Assembly (NCBI GenBank): GCA_002378195.1
Contig: DFRJ01000002.1
Location: 270,816 to 327,676, forward strand
Direction: 5' to 3'
DNA: 56,861 nt
DNA from: Patescibacteria group bacterium UBA3466
GTDB taxonomy: Bacteria > Patescibacteriota > Minisyncoccia > Phycocordibacterales > UBA918
In this document: positions 54,601 through 56,861 of the stretch, piece by piece
Position numbering within the stretch: position 1 is the stretch's first letter
Layout: every line of letters begins with the position of its first letter
Notes under the pieces: generated by a model
What the model saw: only the letters and a program-made list of their open reading frames with translations
Databases searched by the model: none
What the model was told of the DNA's origin: nothing
Program-made: the position numbers and the translations under genes

Positions 54601-56861
54601 CGACAGTCATGAAGTAGTCCCACTCGTCGTCACCCCAGGATTGCCCATCGTCTAGTGCAGTACTTTCTGTTCCCACACTATGCACCCAGAAGAATTCGTC
54701 GGCCCCTGAACCATCAAACTCAAGTTGTAACCTAAACTCGTCATCTTCAACTGCATTAGCACCACTCAAGATAGTACGTTCGTCTGTCGCTGACACGACT
54801 GGCACCTTATAGAAACCAGACACAGTTACATCCTGCACTCCATCGAGCACTTGGTATGGCAGGTTTACGTAGTCTGACGAAGAATCACCCAGTTCAAGAC
54901 CGCCTCCAATTCGTCCAACATTATCATTGGATGAAGTTTCATCGTCCGCATGGTACTGATTTACAGTCGAATCCTTGTATAGTTCGGCGTTACCGGTACC
55001 TGAAGCGTCTTCCTCAAAGTGGTAAACAGCTTGGAATCCATTAGTCCAAACATTCTCTGAGCCAAAAGTATCTGCTCGATCGTAAGCCAAAGCATCTTGA
55101 TTCTCAAAGTAAACGTAGAAATCGTTCGAGCCAGAATCAGTAAGATCAGCTCTGAAGTACAACTCCCCTGTTTCAGATCCTGTATCTATACCGACTAGTT
55201 CAATCGGTAACTCAGTGACACCGTCACCACTAGTAACGCGGATATCCCGTCCGTCGCTCGCTACTCTAGTGAAGAATTCAGACCCAAGCATCGACAGATC
55301 TAGATAAACCGGATAATCAGTAAGTGAATCTGGAATATTTTCGGCCGGTATCGTCACTCGCTGTCGCCCTTCCCAGCTCGTACTGTACCAGCTTAGTGAA
55401 GTAGCATTGTTTGGAGTTTGACTTTGGCGCGCTACATAGAACTGCTCTGGGTTGCCCAAGTTAATAGATTCAGCTCGTGTCCAAGCTGGTACTCTATCGA
55501 CAGTTGCAATACGCAAAGCATCCACGAAACCTTGCCAGTTTCCACCACCACCATCACGACCCATCTGGAATCCACCGGAAGTATTTGAAGGATTATTGAT
55601 TGTTTGCACTTCTTCATCTACTAAGAATCCGTCTTCGTAGACATAGTTATTGTCTCCTGCAGTTGTTGTACCGATAGTGGCAAAACCATGCCAGACAGTT
55701 GGGTCTAAATAAGTTCGATTGAGCCAAGTCGCAGTCGGACCAAAGTAGAATCGACCGTTAGTAGCGCTGTACCACGGCTCATAACGAATAATCTCAGGAC
55801 TAGCGCCAGTACCCCACTGATACAAAGCTTCGCCATTGAGCACGCTCATGAAATACGAACCTGTAATGTTCAGTGGTGACCCCGGAGAGAAATCCCACGT
55901 CGAACTCGCCAGCCAACCAGCTCCGGCCGTGAAGTCGATCGCTGTACCAAGCTGACCAGAAGTAGTAGCCAAGGCAACTGAGTTAACCGTCAGATCCTGA
56001 CCGTTTCCAGTTTCGTCAGTAATGGTATTACCGATTGTTGTTGGATCATCAGTAAAGTGGTAAACCGCATCATAGCTTGCCCACACGGCTTCAGAACCTA
56101 GCGGGTCAGTACTGGCGAGTAGAGATAGAGATGTGTCGCCATAATACACATAGAAAGTATTAGCAGCGTTGGCAGCTACCACCGGCGCTAAGAAGTGCAG
56201 CTCGCCGGTTTCAGCTGCTGTGTCGATCTCCGCTAAATCAAACGGAATAAAAGTACCATCACTTGTTGTTACTCGAATATCAGAACCATCACTCTGTACC
56301 TCCGTCCAGAATCCGCTATCAAAACTATCCAAAGCAACCGAGACTGGGAAATCAGTCAGATCAGCATCGACGGTCAGAGCTGGTATTTCAACTGGGACTC
56401 TACCGGTGAAGTCAAAATCGAGCCAGTTATTGATGGCAGTATCGGCATCACTGAAGTTACCAGCCATTTCTTGAATGAATCTAATATCAGAACCATCGCT
56501 ATTAACATTGGTCCAGAAGTCAGTCAAAGAACTATCTAGTTCGAAGAAAATCTGATACTCGGTTAAATCCGCGCCAGTGTTATTTGGCACACTAATTGGC
56601 ATACGGTAAGTCCACTCAGAAGTCCAGAATGGGTCAAGCAGACCATATTCACTTCCACCAATTGCTTCGATCCAGTACTCTCCACTTGAGAAAGCAGGGA
56701 AAGATATATCCATCTTGAAGTACAAGGTTTCGCCTGGTCTGATCAATTGGCCAGAAGGGGTATGGGCTCGCACCTCAAAATTATCGGGAACTTCCTTCTT
56801 GTCTGGGCCAAATCCGACAAACTCAGCCACCCTCTGGAAGATTCCAGGCTGAGGCAGGCTA
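36656..56861 (-). CDS. giant surface protein, more than 6,724 aa, 5' end probably outside the window
   Basis: Uninterrupted reading frame from the TAG at 36656-36658 to the window edge. The track start at 56830 is a GTG. The 10 in-frame codons upstream (SLPQPGIFQR) contain no stop, and there is no signal peptide at the called start. Contents are five DUF2341-LamG cassettes, FN3-like units, long beta-helix-like G/T/S/N repeats, three super-repeats, WRNDDG/YCFR modules and the type-2 C-terminal domain. Confidence 0.92.
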   Translation of the reverse strand, partial: SLPQPGIFQRVAEFVGFGPDKKEVPDNFEVRAHTPSGQLIRPGETLYFKMDISFPAFSSGEYWIEAIGGSEYGLLDPFWTSEWTYRMPISVPNNTGADLTEYQIFFELDSSLTDFWTNVNSDGSDIRFIQEMAGNFSDADTAINNWLDFDFTGRVPVEIPALTVDADLTDFPVSVALDSFDSGFWTEVQSDGSDIRVTTSDGTFIPFDLAEIDTAAETGELHFLAPVVAANAANTFYVYYGDTSLSLLASTDPLGSEAVWASYDAVYHFTDDPTTIGNTITDETGNGQDLTVNSVALATTSGQLGTAIDFTAGAGWLASSTWDFSPGSPLNITGSYFMSVLNGEALYQWGTGASPEIIRYEPWYSATNGRFYFGPTATWLNRTYLDPTVWHGFATIGTTTAGDNNYVYEDGFLVDEEVQTINNPSNTSGGFQMGRDGGGGNWQGFVDALRIATVDRVPAWTRAESINLGNPEQFYVARQSQTPNNATSLSWYSTSWEGRQRVTIPAENIPDSLTDYPVYLDLSMLGSEFFTRVASDGRDIRVTSGDGVTELPIELVGIDTGSETGELYFRADLTDSGSNDFYVYFENQDALAYDRADTFGSENVWTNGFQAVYHFEEDASGTGNAELYKDSTVNQYHADDETSSNDNVGRIGGGLELGDSSSDYVNLPYQVLDGVQDVTVSGFYKVPVVSATDERTILSGANAVEDDEFRLQLEFDGSGADEFFWVHSVGTESTALDDGQSWGDDEWDYFMTVGEDATDEFDFYLNGIPDTENPDTQAIDALDIDVNGLVIGQEQTAIGNFQATNEFIGLLDEIRIASTTRTEAWARVEGANLVDPNSFMSTSSAETLQVTEFVELDFWVQHFDDTAEEADIWVQVEELAAGEDTIIWLYYGNSGASSASDELATFSYSTSTDIFYVVDDSGANQVSIVSLIDNNEVAIDGGAAVPLNAGERTTFSTFDGESVISILGPISGTVTNNSSTDGSDTIVPISFATTTHAIPTNRGTEQYYVHAPFASTTLMTYERTTLRETVNIATGTTATVNAGSPAGTDAAIFEATSPVLIMHRGSGGTAQDGLVAYPPTTRDLFGFDSNNYYMTALADNPDPSVFCSGGGSGSETGILQGEYQGGTNCSAGTQFTGDSVRLTGQTEYMTAIQQADSDGNESIVFWPEMEFSTQYALTNDSQFIAVACSPRFGSVNISLVDSTGTEIDSGTCTPTATDPGTLRIGDSNTGTNQGTFYSGEHTVIATNDVPFFLIYEDTEVAGGEDEKNVVGPVQARKFSQIFTSDLLFLPQELANDAEYDQLSFAWYENANQTTPTSSWPLGGAETVAEGDAITGAGAVEDGDILRLRLNLQGSNATGTENSTAFKLQYATAASSQCSLATSWFDIGEQGSTTAAFSGYNNALVPDGTTLSSTTLASSTIFGTYEERNFSDFLPAEVPPGEVIEYDWVLEATNVDINTNYCFRMARAEGAALNSYTLYPELETVGPPNTPDNLLFFDNEKTTVLTPVLEFSATDIAGDDIHYQVQVDTDINFGSVDIDENSDDNFVRFENLDVPSDKSPFTSGQRIRYNANVALSPTTTYWFRVRASDPDGSATSSDWSVPTSFTTDTVITVSEWYQTTSDQFNTNELTNVSTTSPSGSASLSSSPATIIGTAIDFDDATVGNAWGEVDWTDTETSGTNLIQVQYNDNGSWTLVPNSLIPGNDIGTTTAPINLLDLDTDTYNEIRLVANLSGTTVSLQEWTVRWGLRVETPVQGDLFDNQKTADTLPVFDFVSTDPQGDDLEYEVSFSTDILFSSGSTTYNSSTSAQFSNIADGGDSSPYNSGDTITFTTPGGAPFVDGNTYWWRSRARDPQGGNSWSPWSDPDSFTINSGTTLSTWFQTTREQFQQGELTGAIASTTGSVETTNVIGEYGTVALTDNDWTTVSTTNAYVDMVVVASPEFNFNGTNNGRTARVRNKTTESFEIKVDDYTDSFTGSTDVDYIVMEAGDWQVDNGGSGFRIVAGTEEGVTAKQVESYANGVSQLVTISPAFDSAPAALATISSNNDSNWIGSHIDGGGYADEVTVSQIGLALAESRHSASTHTGGEDIDWLMMATTTGTNAGVNIEFNNSPDVVTGGAAGNSFSISGFSSTPGVTVIHNNGDDGAQGGFAQKDTGSTQNNTTLTVSISEQGSTADGHIDNIVSFAAFEDSAGNIVRADTGSLAGTIAGEDIIFSDGAGPKFDNFSWSATEPGASEVLIQMEHLVSEGVYALIPDGQIPGNSSGTSTSPIDLTNVDINLYPQIRAFATLNCSGADCPTLDDWQLEWSEGVNMSGTLQEYDRITNVGAGTIRAAVNGSPVVGSASVSAGTWTLTNVTAFEGDVVTVWVDGALEEDEAVTSFVYDGLGDITGVTLYEQHLTIAADEIGTTTNALLALNDSTALGDEDVFFEVDVSNNLTVCGVGTCPYANLYVGANQIYLPSTSTVATIDTHDFINDGIIELDANVFNVSGSWENNATSSTDISTINLTATSGAETITSLESPLDFHNLSFGSGAGLATFTIATDLDLSGDLTVASGTLDRSTFDINLAGSLTNGSGGFWSGTGTTTFDGGSGLTWTDNNPVTQNIGNVLIDGANAFVTVSGDVSAYDVIIGLNDTLAGGSGTIFVAGDFTNNGTFNAETGTVEIVADDRTYPPITPGSSDWYSDIGFQDRIALVVDEDEVPADVSDLPLYVDLSMLGSEFWTDVKSDGGDIRITEDDGQTELAYELVSFDASNETGELHFLANSISGTASTTFYIYYNNATATAYAVDDPYGRNTVWNDFEAVYHFEDDPTSVSNTISDASGNGNDLLVEGAGLATTTGQMGLAIDMSVSAGLLRDSSFTWEAGDPLKTSGWYLLGAAVNEAIWQFGTGAQPDQLYFEPWDSGTNRGQYVFGNTTGTTYTFLPRDTLNYTHFTTIGVTSTAESNLVYHDGILRETQSQTVVDPSNTNANGLQIGRTGTGGSFSGQIDELRFSKTNRDADWVATEENNQSNPDIFFSTSSVEAYQPPVVIDEATHNITSGGSAFNNLTFDDATTTPAFTEPSVTLNGDFTIATGTVSLPTGVMTVGGDFTNNGFFQHNNAEVEFTTGGTATITLNGTEFFNSFYDVTFDGSGTIIFDDANATATNDVVFNDGDVVLPSGVFAIGGSMQTPGGAFDANGGTVKFTSPSSENVTAGGSSFNDVIFGNGVVGFNWYDLSWGKRSVIEISPESITESLSAFPVYVDLSTLGATFWSDVDVSGVDIRVTQSDGQTEVPVELVSIDTVGETGELYFRANSLSNVSTSTFYLYYDNPAADAVASTTAFGAQNVWTNDYLAVYHFEDEGQSGRDNVAEYKDSTSNANDAEDDTNATGTTGLIGGGVEFDQANHVNGTDTFDHLNLPIGLIDNRAEWTISTWYQTSSGGGNDPTFVSGYGGENELIVRLENSTLMETYSNGSSNQGGQVAIADIGDGVWRQFVYTYSDDSASDFAGYFYNGAEVYTDTNVVGATLTINADGLIFGAEQDGAVDSSTGIGEALDGFVDEVRFSSTTRSDAWIAAEFATLDDPASFYSVTDEALEDVAPVFTLNEATTDVDGNVTINGSQLVAPTTNFTIGGSALNIGGTYDPNNATTTFDSNDLGETVAFGDGAFWNLSFNGVGGGWIVATNTVNNNLSLITGADYLQSPNTTMTVEGIFNNSFASSSTTWTDSTLVLSGGDYVVTGRLDSGDDYAVVEVSSSTNIVIWNSTISSSTISDSSSIYMPDYGLTNGELRIFGNYTQSNNAEYWSYNTDFDGTDISGSPRQVDVRIASGSVVTIETDFEIFGDSSASTTVDVLTAGTYQLIASSSNLSAQYFDVTGTGVNGFELLNGVTVGTFSDGSFDIASGTSAMTVDKSTVEVQPSGNYSDFYFNSIAGDQFNVTASGTPNGFWLFTGGGGDRYGESYDNDDGDPGAIQWDDSNYAISISGVVYADDGVTPETAPICNGVTQNVTVQVVGSGTFTAPCNPLDGSYTVSGVNYTGDPKIVTYLNSEATDGTVQVELMDEATGSGVGSPFSVTRPSVIDDSVLIAMVAKDDDPAVSPPAGWTAISTLGVAADDDLFTGIWYRVVPDAATEPTSYSFTSADGGEHYHYWIGSFVNVDTTTPIDVSNGWTQLVDDTTPSTTPVTTTVPGTYVLSAWYVDNDAAVTTPDTTDWDYRFRESVTADNNSFTVISKKFATATTTDTVEMTDVAGGRDPHVGTFALNPAVAATASGTAFASAVTQTPIGASEVQQFNDITLTGDASGAGDVVALGSISVTAPATQDGDVMIAVIGREDEPTITAPAGWNLVAEIGNATQNDMYSGVWYKIITDAASEPASYSFTNDDTSGTEQYSYWIGSYSNVDTSNVMDVSPVSWTKLFNANPDATASSITTETDNARVFAAWYVVADTAVDTPASPWVTLVEDLWGGSQNGRSLNVSTQVLATAGASGDADLSAVGTQEVHTIQFALRPTPISVATELTDMDLYRNRVIVRHEDSTPLSIADITFDSSDDTDLRFTVSTSSSPDTLDVLAGSGLYVWNDMEFAPNGEVTMLGGGNDLADGSMTIGSDATFTATTTVDLTVGGSMYVESGGVFAGASSTVEFTATNTAQQIGAAGSSTITFYDLEFTGVGGDWAVQTPIVSQTDILVSTGTVSGISDITVQAGSLTGDGLVDMTGGTVTINESNTFGGNQDWTFNNLTLGSGGVAGITVPATNGTTTIRNVLTISTAHFLDAYGSVWDLQGNGAVFAESGTFVEGTSTVRYSGATPNVTQTPYYNLVIDTDGGGDVAATAPVTGLQVLNDLIVGAIGTSTLDVNSNDPVVGVNGDVYIGGFGTVDASDIQTFTANGNWDNDGNFNANGGTVELSAAAGSLTIAAGSSSFATLDVLGAADYNFTENATATANMVINTGSFVLDPGLTLAVGGTFSNTEDDVDTDWTGTTLSLFSGTAFNINGKSVSDTYNNIVTADGTHPRVWNSTSTSVTTNGNSSLYSMNHSGVEGDLYIFGDLVSDSYDDHWSYEEDFDGTALGVPRVANVLVETGGSVRYLGGSLSVIGSSSATTTIGVNGGGTYSLEISGDTDLDMGRYEIRDTTIEGLILSGEPTVNDLSNGDFEVAIAGGSAMTVGGTVIDVNPAQEYNFMRFATTTAINAFNVTATGTSASAWRFVNVFGNLDGEAKDVDPGGDPGYLTWQDSAAIINISGNVYSDEGISTSAACDSTTGNVFLSINGSTFATTTCNGDGLGGGTGFYQFTGISYGLGNTLTVYIDNEPEKAVTVTQDPISSISGFDLYENRVIVKHESGAPMTIADMGTWDSDDDADVLFDVEVGATDTLVLPSDTKLIVWDTKEFEPNGNITVPGGGGGSAYDGTLELRDDAIFTGNAGEVHTVGGSLISGTDAVFTSGDSEFIFTSAVAGRTVDTNEGGFYDVTFNGAGDWTMSDVVSTIGNDFAITSGGVTLSATTTVGGSFDNTGGTFDANTGALIFSSTAGGNTVEFGGSDAHRVEFIDSGSWTFNDVNATATDSFIVATGTVTLPSGDFAIGEDFIVNDTVTQAGGDIIVSGSGGGNTITLNGSDLYGLRIQAGAGDYTLTDASAALLGDLFVESGTLTVGTGTLSIGGSFDATAGTFVNNSGTVLFNSDDTGEFIDPGNNDFYSVQIAGAGGGWTILGDATTTSNFTLSTGNSFTMSSGTVLYVGGAFINTFNGANTEWQGSNVVLDGANEYEINLKTTPDERYNILTLGDNSDISAWNTSATSTVVPITSSFYSQDHGGVDGDLYIFGDYHIATTTEYWSRATDFDGTALGSPRDVNVAIASSSIVSVDGGVLNMIGATNGTTTVTNQGSGRYSFLATSGTINADNYSFRNLDTDGLQMTGNIDVTSLDNGDFELAQDNSIAITLTDTTINANASFVINDTRFDAGGFSGGVNVSLNATTTNSWSFTGAIGDLWGEAFDVDGTDDCSSVRWDDSACLLTEQTNYRWRNDDGGEGAAPLTWYDTDWGARKRVRVINVDASTYNDVAVKLEVDYDADMQTDFDDLRFTDSSGTTTISYWIERFTTGNDATVWVKVPTLAADAVTELYMYYDNTSASDIGDPSDVFNMSEDFEDNNITEYEGDTGLFNTAGTYAFGGGYGLDAAGNESAKATDGIARFDTTVAQGEIIRFMQYVDMGAGSGDEVCTMFGVQNTGPNPPAGVTYNDNYAVCLSPLRDRVAIVEDVENVDTTGTQLATADITLSTGWYEVEVDWQTSGDIDVSVFDSTGSLQATTTANDTTYTSGGIGFTFWFQNGGWDSYVSWPRTDSKPTTYFGAEQVDGGASWAAEQDTATGGFNFGETARLRVGIENTGLDIENQNFRLEFAPKLTAPSCEAVSGGSFVQVPVAASCGSSALCMTTSASTTDGDPTTDHLVTDAGQFVAGEVVANTSNQTGNLDVEQNQYTELEYAINLTVNAVNDAYCFRVTDGGDELDSYALLPELTLAFDPVLDTPTLNDGLDITLVPGATTTVIASTTVTDFNGVADIGNATTTFYTTSAGALCTPDDNNCYVATGTACSLTNCGSTSCTLQCSADFQFHADPTDDDGGEEWFAFMEVEDLSGGTDAESTVGQELLTLRALNVQNAIGYGTVDVNQNTGATNPQTLLENYGNESIDVEISGTDMTDGAASVIPASQQIFATSTFDYAVCTTCSALTLIGTDVEVDLNKPTVSSPLVTDQIYWGIEVPFGTASNPHSGVNSFTAISDD
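36659..37436 (-). other. shared C-terminal domain, type 2, copy in the giant ORF
   Basis: See 30402-31378. The protein ends ...QIYWGIEVPFGTASNPHSGVNSFTAISDD. Confidence 0.65.
37440..37930 (-). repeat. WRNDDG...YCFR-type module (giant ORF, C-proximal body)
   Basis: ETARLRVGIENTG...FRLEFAPKLTAPSCEAV...ELEYAINL...AYCFRVTDGGDELDSYALLPELTL. The matching N-terminal strand NYRWRNDDGGEG lies about 320 aa upstream (near 38,920), on the other side of cassette 5. Confidence 0.6.
37935..38884 (-). repeat. DUF2341-LamG-like cassette 5
   Basis: WYDTDWGARKRVRVINVD...FDDLRFTDSSGTTTISYWIERF...ATVWVKVPTLAADAVTELYMYYDN, followed by a jelly-roll-like segment. Confidence 0.6.
38950..39745 (-). repeat. super-repeat R3 (~255 aa)
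   Basis: TEWQGSNVVLDG...YSQDHGGVDGDLYIFGDYHIATTTEYWSRATDFDGTALGSPRDVNVAI...LDNGDFELA...VRWDDS. Confidence 0.75.
41250..42055 (-). repeat. super-repeat R2 (~255 aa)
   Basis: TDWTGTTLSLFSG...YSMNHSGVEGDLYIFGDLVSDSYDDHWSYEEDFDGTALGVPRVANVLV...LSNGDFEVA...LTWQDS. Confidence 0.75.
43440..44708 (-). repeat. tandem pair of ~200-aa PAGW modules
   Basis: DDSVLIAMVAKDDDPAVSPPAGWTAIS...FTGIWYRVVPDAATEPTSYSFTS...HYWIGSFVNVDTTTPIDV parallels QDGDVMIAVIGREDEPTITAPAGWNLVA...YSGVWYKIITDAASEPASYSFTN...YSYWIGSYSNVDTSNVMDV. Confidence 0.7.
45010..45790 (-). repeat. super-repeat R1 (~255 aa)
   Basis: TTWTDSTLVLSGG...YMPDYGLTNGELRIFGNYTQSNNAEYWSYNTDFDGTDISGSPRQVDVRI...FSDGSFDIA...IQWDDS. The W-to-W span is 745 nt, against 759 nt in R2 and R3. 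Confidence 0.75.
46165..47245 (-). repeat. DUF2341-LamG-like cassette 4
   Basis: WYDLSWGKRSVIEISPESITESLSAFPVYVDLSTLGATFWSDVDVSGVDIRVTQSDGQTEVPVELVSID...TFYLYYDN...AVYHFED...VDEVRFSSTTRSDAWI. Confidence 0.65.
47825..48836 (-). repeat. DUF2341-LamG-like cassette 3
   Basis: DRIALVVDEDEVPADVSDLPLYVDLSMLGSEFWTDVKSDGGDIRITEDDGQTELAYELVSFD...TFYIYYNN...AVYHFEDDP...IDELRFSKTNRDADWV. Confidence 0.65.
52412..52955 (-). repeat. WRNDDG...YCFR-type module (giant ORF, N-proximal)
   Basis: FAWYENANQTTP...ILRLRLNLQGSN...FKLQYATAASSQCSLATSWFDIG...IEYDWVLE...NYCFRMARAEGAALNSYTLYPELET. Confidence 0.65.
54341..55376 (-). repeat. DUF2341-LamG-like cassette 2
   Basis: WEGRQRVTIPAENIPDSLTDYPVYLDLSMLGSEFFTRVASDGRDIRVTSGDGVTELPIELVGID...DFYVYFEN...AVYHFEED...LDEIRIASTTRTEAWA. 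Confidence 0.65.
55435..56614 (-). repeat. DUF2341-LamG-like cassette 1 (with duplicated DUF2341 head)
   Basis: WTYRMPISVPNNTGADLTEYQIFFEL...GSDIRFIQ, then GRVPVEIPALTVDADLTDFPVSVALDSFDSGFWTEVQSDGSDIRVTTSDGTFIPFDLAEID...TFYVYYGD...AVYHFTDDP...VDALRIATVDRVPAWT. Confidence 0.65.

Noticed and set aside
1105-56474. All plus-strand ORFs in the supplied track (60-159 aa, for example 1312-1758, 2041-2472, 27505-27984, 42981-43385, 47541-47921).
   Set aside because: Each lies entirely antisense within a much longer, family-recognisable minus-strand CDS. Their S/T/V/P-rich low-complexity translations are what is expected from the reverse complement of T/S/G/D-rich genes. None has start context, an SD or any recognisable motif.
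36656-56861. The possibility that the giant protein plus the adjacent ABC transporter form an RTX/type I secretion system.
   Set aside because: I saw no GGxGxD nonapeptide runs at the C-terminus. The ABC is MacB/FtsX-type (separate ATPase, 4-TM permease with a large ectodomain) rather than a HlyB-type fused exporter. No membrane-fusion or TolC-like genes are present, and the organism looks monoderm.
11437-56861. Sortase-dependent (LPXTG) or PEP-CTERM/PGF-CTERM-type sorting of the island proteins.
   Set aside because: I noticed no C-terminal LPXTG, PEP or PGF motif followed by a TM helix and basic tail. Proteins with a C-terminal TM helix and Arg-rich tail (for example the 317-aa protein) lack a conserved motif before the helix, and no sortase or exosortase gene is in the window.
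1-56861. Alternative genetic code (UGA recoding, as in some candidate phyla), CRISPR arrays, tRNA/rRNA genes and mobile elements.
   Set aside because: The 855-aa ORF ends at a TGA that overlaps the next ATG, and recognised proteins (UvrB, Tgt) have normal lengths with the standard code. The only repeats are in-frame protein-coding repeats without spacer-repeat periodicity. No intergenic stretch is long enough for rRNA or folds into a tRNA cloverleaf. I saw no transposase, integrase or recombinase motifs and no terminal inverted repeats.

Overview
This 56,861-bp window carries 27 credible CDS, all on the minus strand, and both window edges cut a gene. Positions 1-11.4 kb hold ordinary housekeeping and envelope genes: a partial sensor kinase, a Lys-rich membrane protein, a REC-REC response regulator, uvrB, a stand-alone SpoT-type HD hydrolase, tgt, a membrane-anchored FKBP PPIase, an AI-2E/PerM permease and a cysteine-less TlpA-like thioredoxin fold. 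Positions 11.4-56.9 kb form an uninterrupted 45-kb island of secreted or membrane-anchored proteins with almost no recognisable enzymes; this island is my best candidate for the undescribed system. It contains a giant ORF of more than 6,724 aa that is still open at the right window edge (DUF2341-LamG cassettes, beta-helix-like repeats, three ~250-aa super-repeats). It also contains a 2,059-aa protein (Asp-box propeller plus repeated modules), an FN3 protein and a MacB/FtsX-type ABC pair. The rest are three cohesin-like and two dockerin-bearing proteins, three CscA/DUF916-like two-domain anchors, and four proteins sharing two kinds of C-terminal (WxL-like) domain. Intrinsic terminators and a bipartite promoter-like motif shared by two surface-protein genes subdivide the island. 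I saw no rRNA, tRNA, CRISPR, transposase or integrase. The genetic code appears standard. Gene style (monoderm-type surface proteins, giant ORF, weak Shine-Dalgarno usage) suggests a Patescibacteria/CPR-like or other small-genome monoderm organism, but this is inference only. All domain names come from motif recognition by eye, not from database searches.
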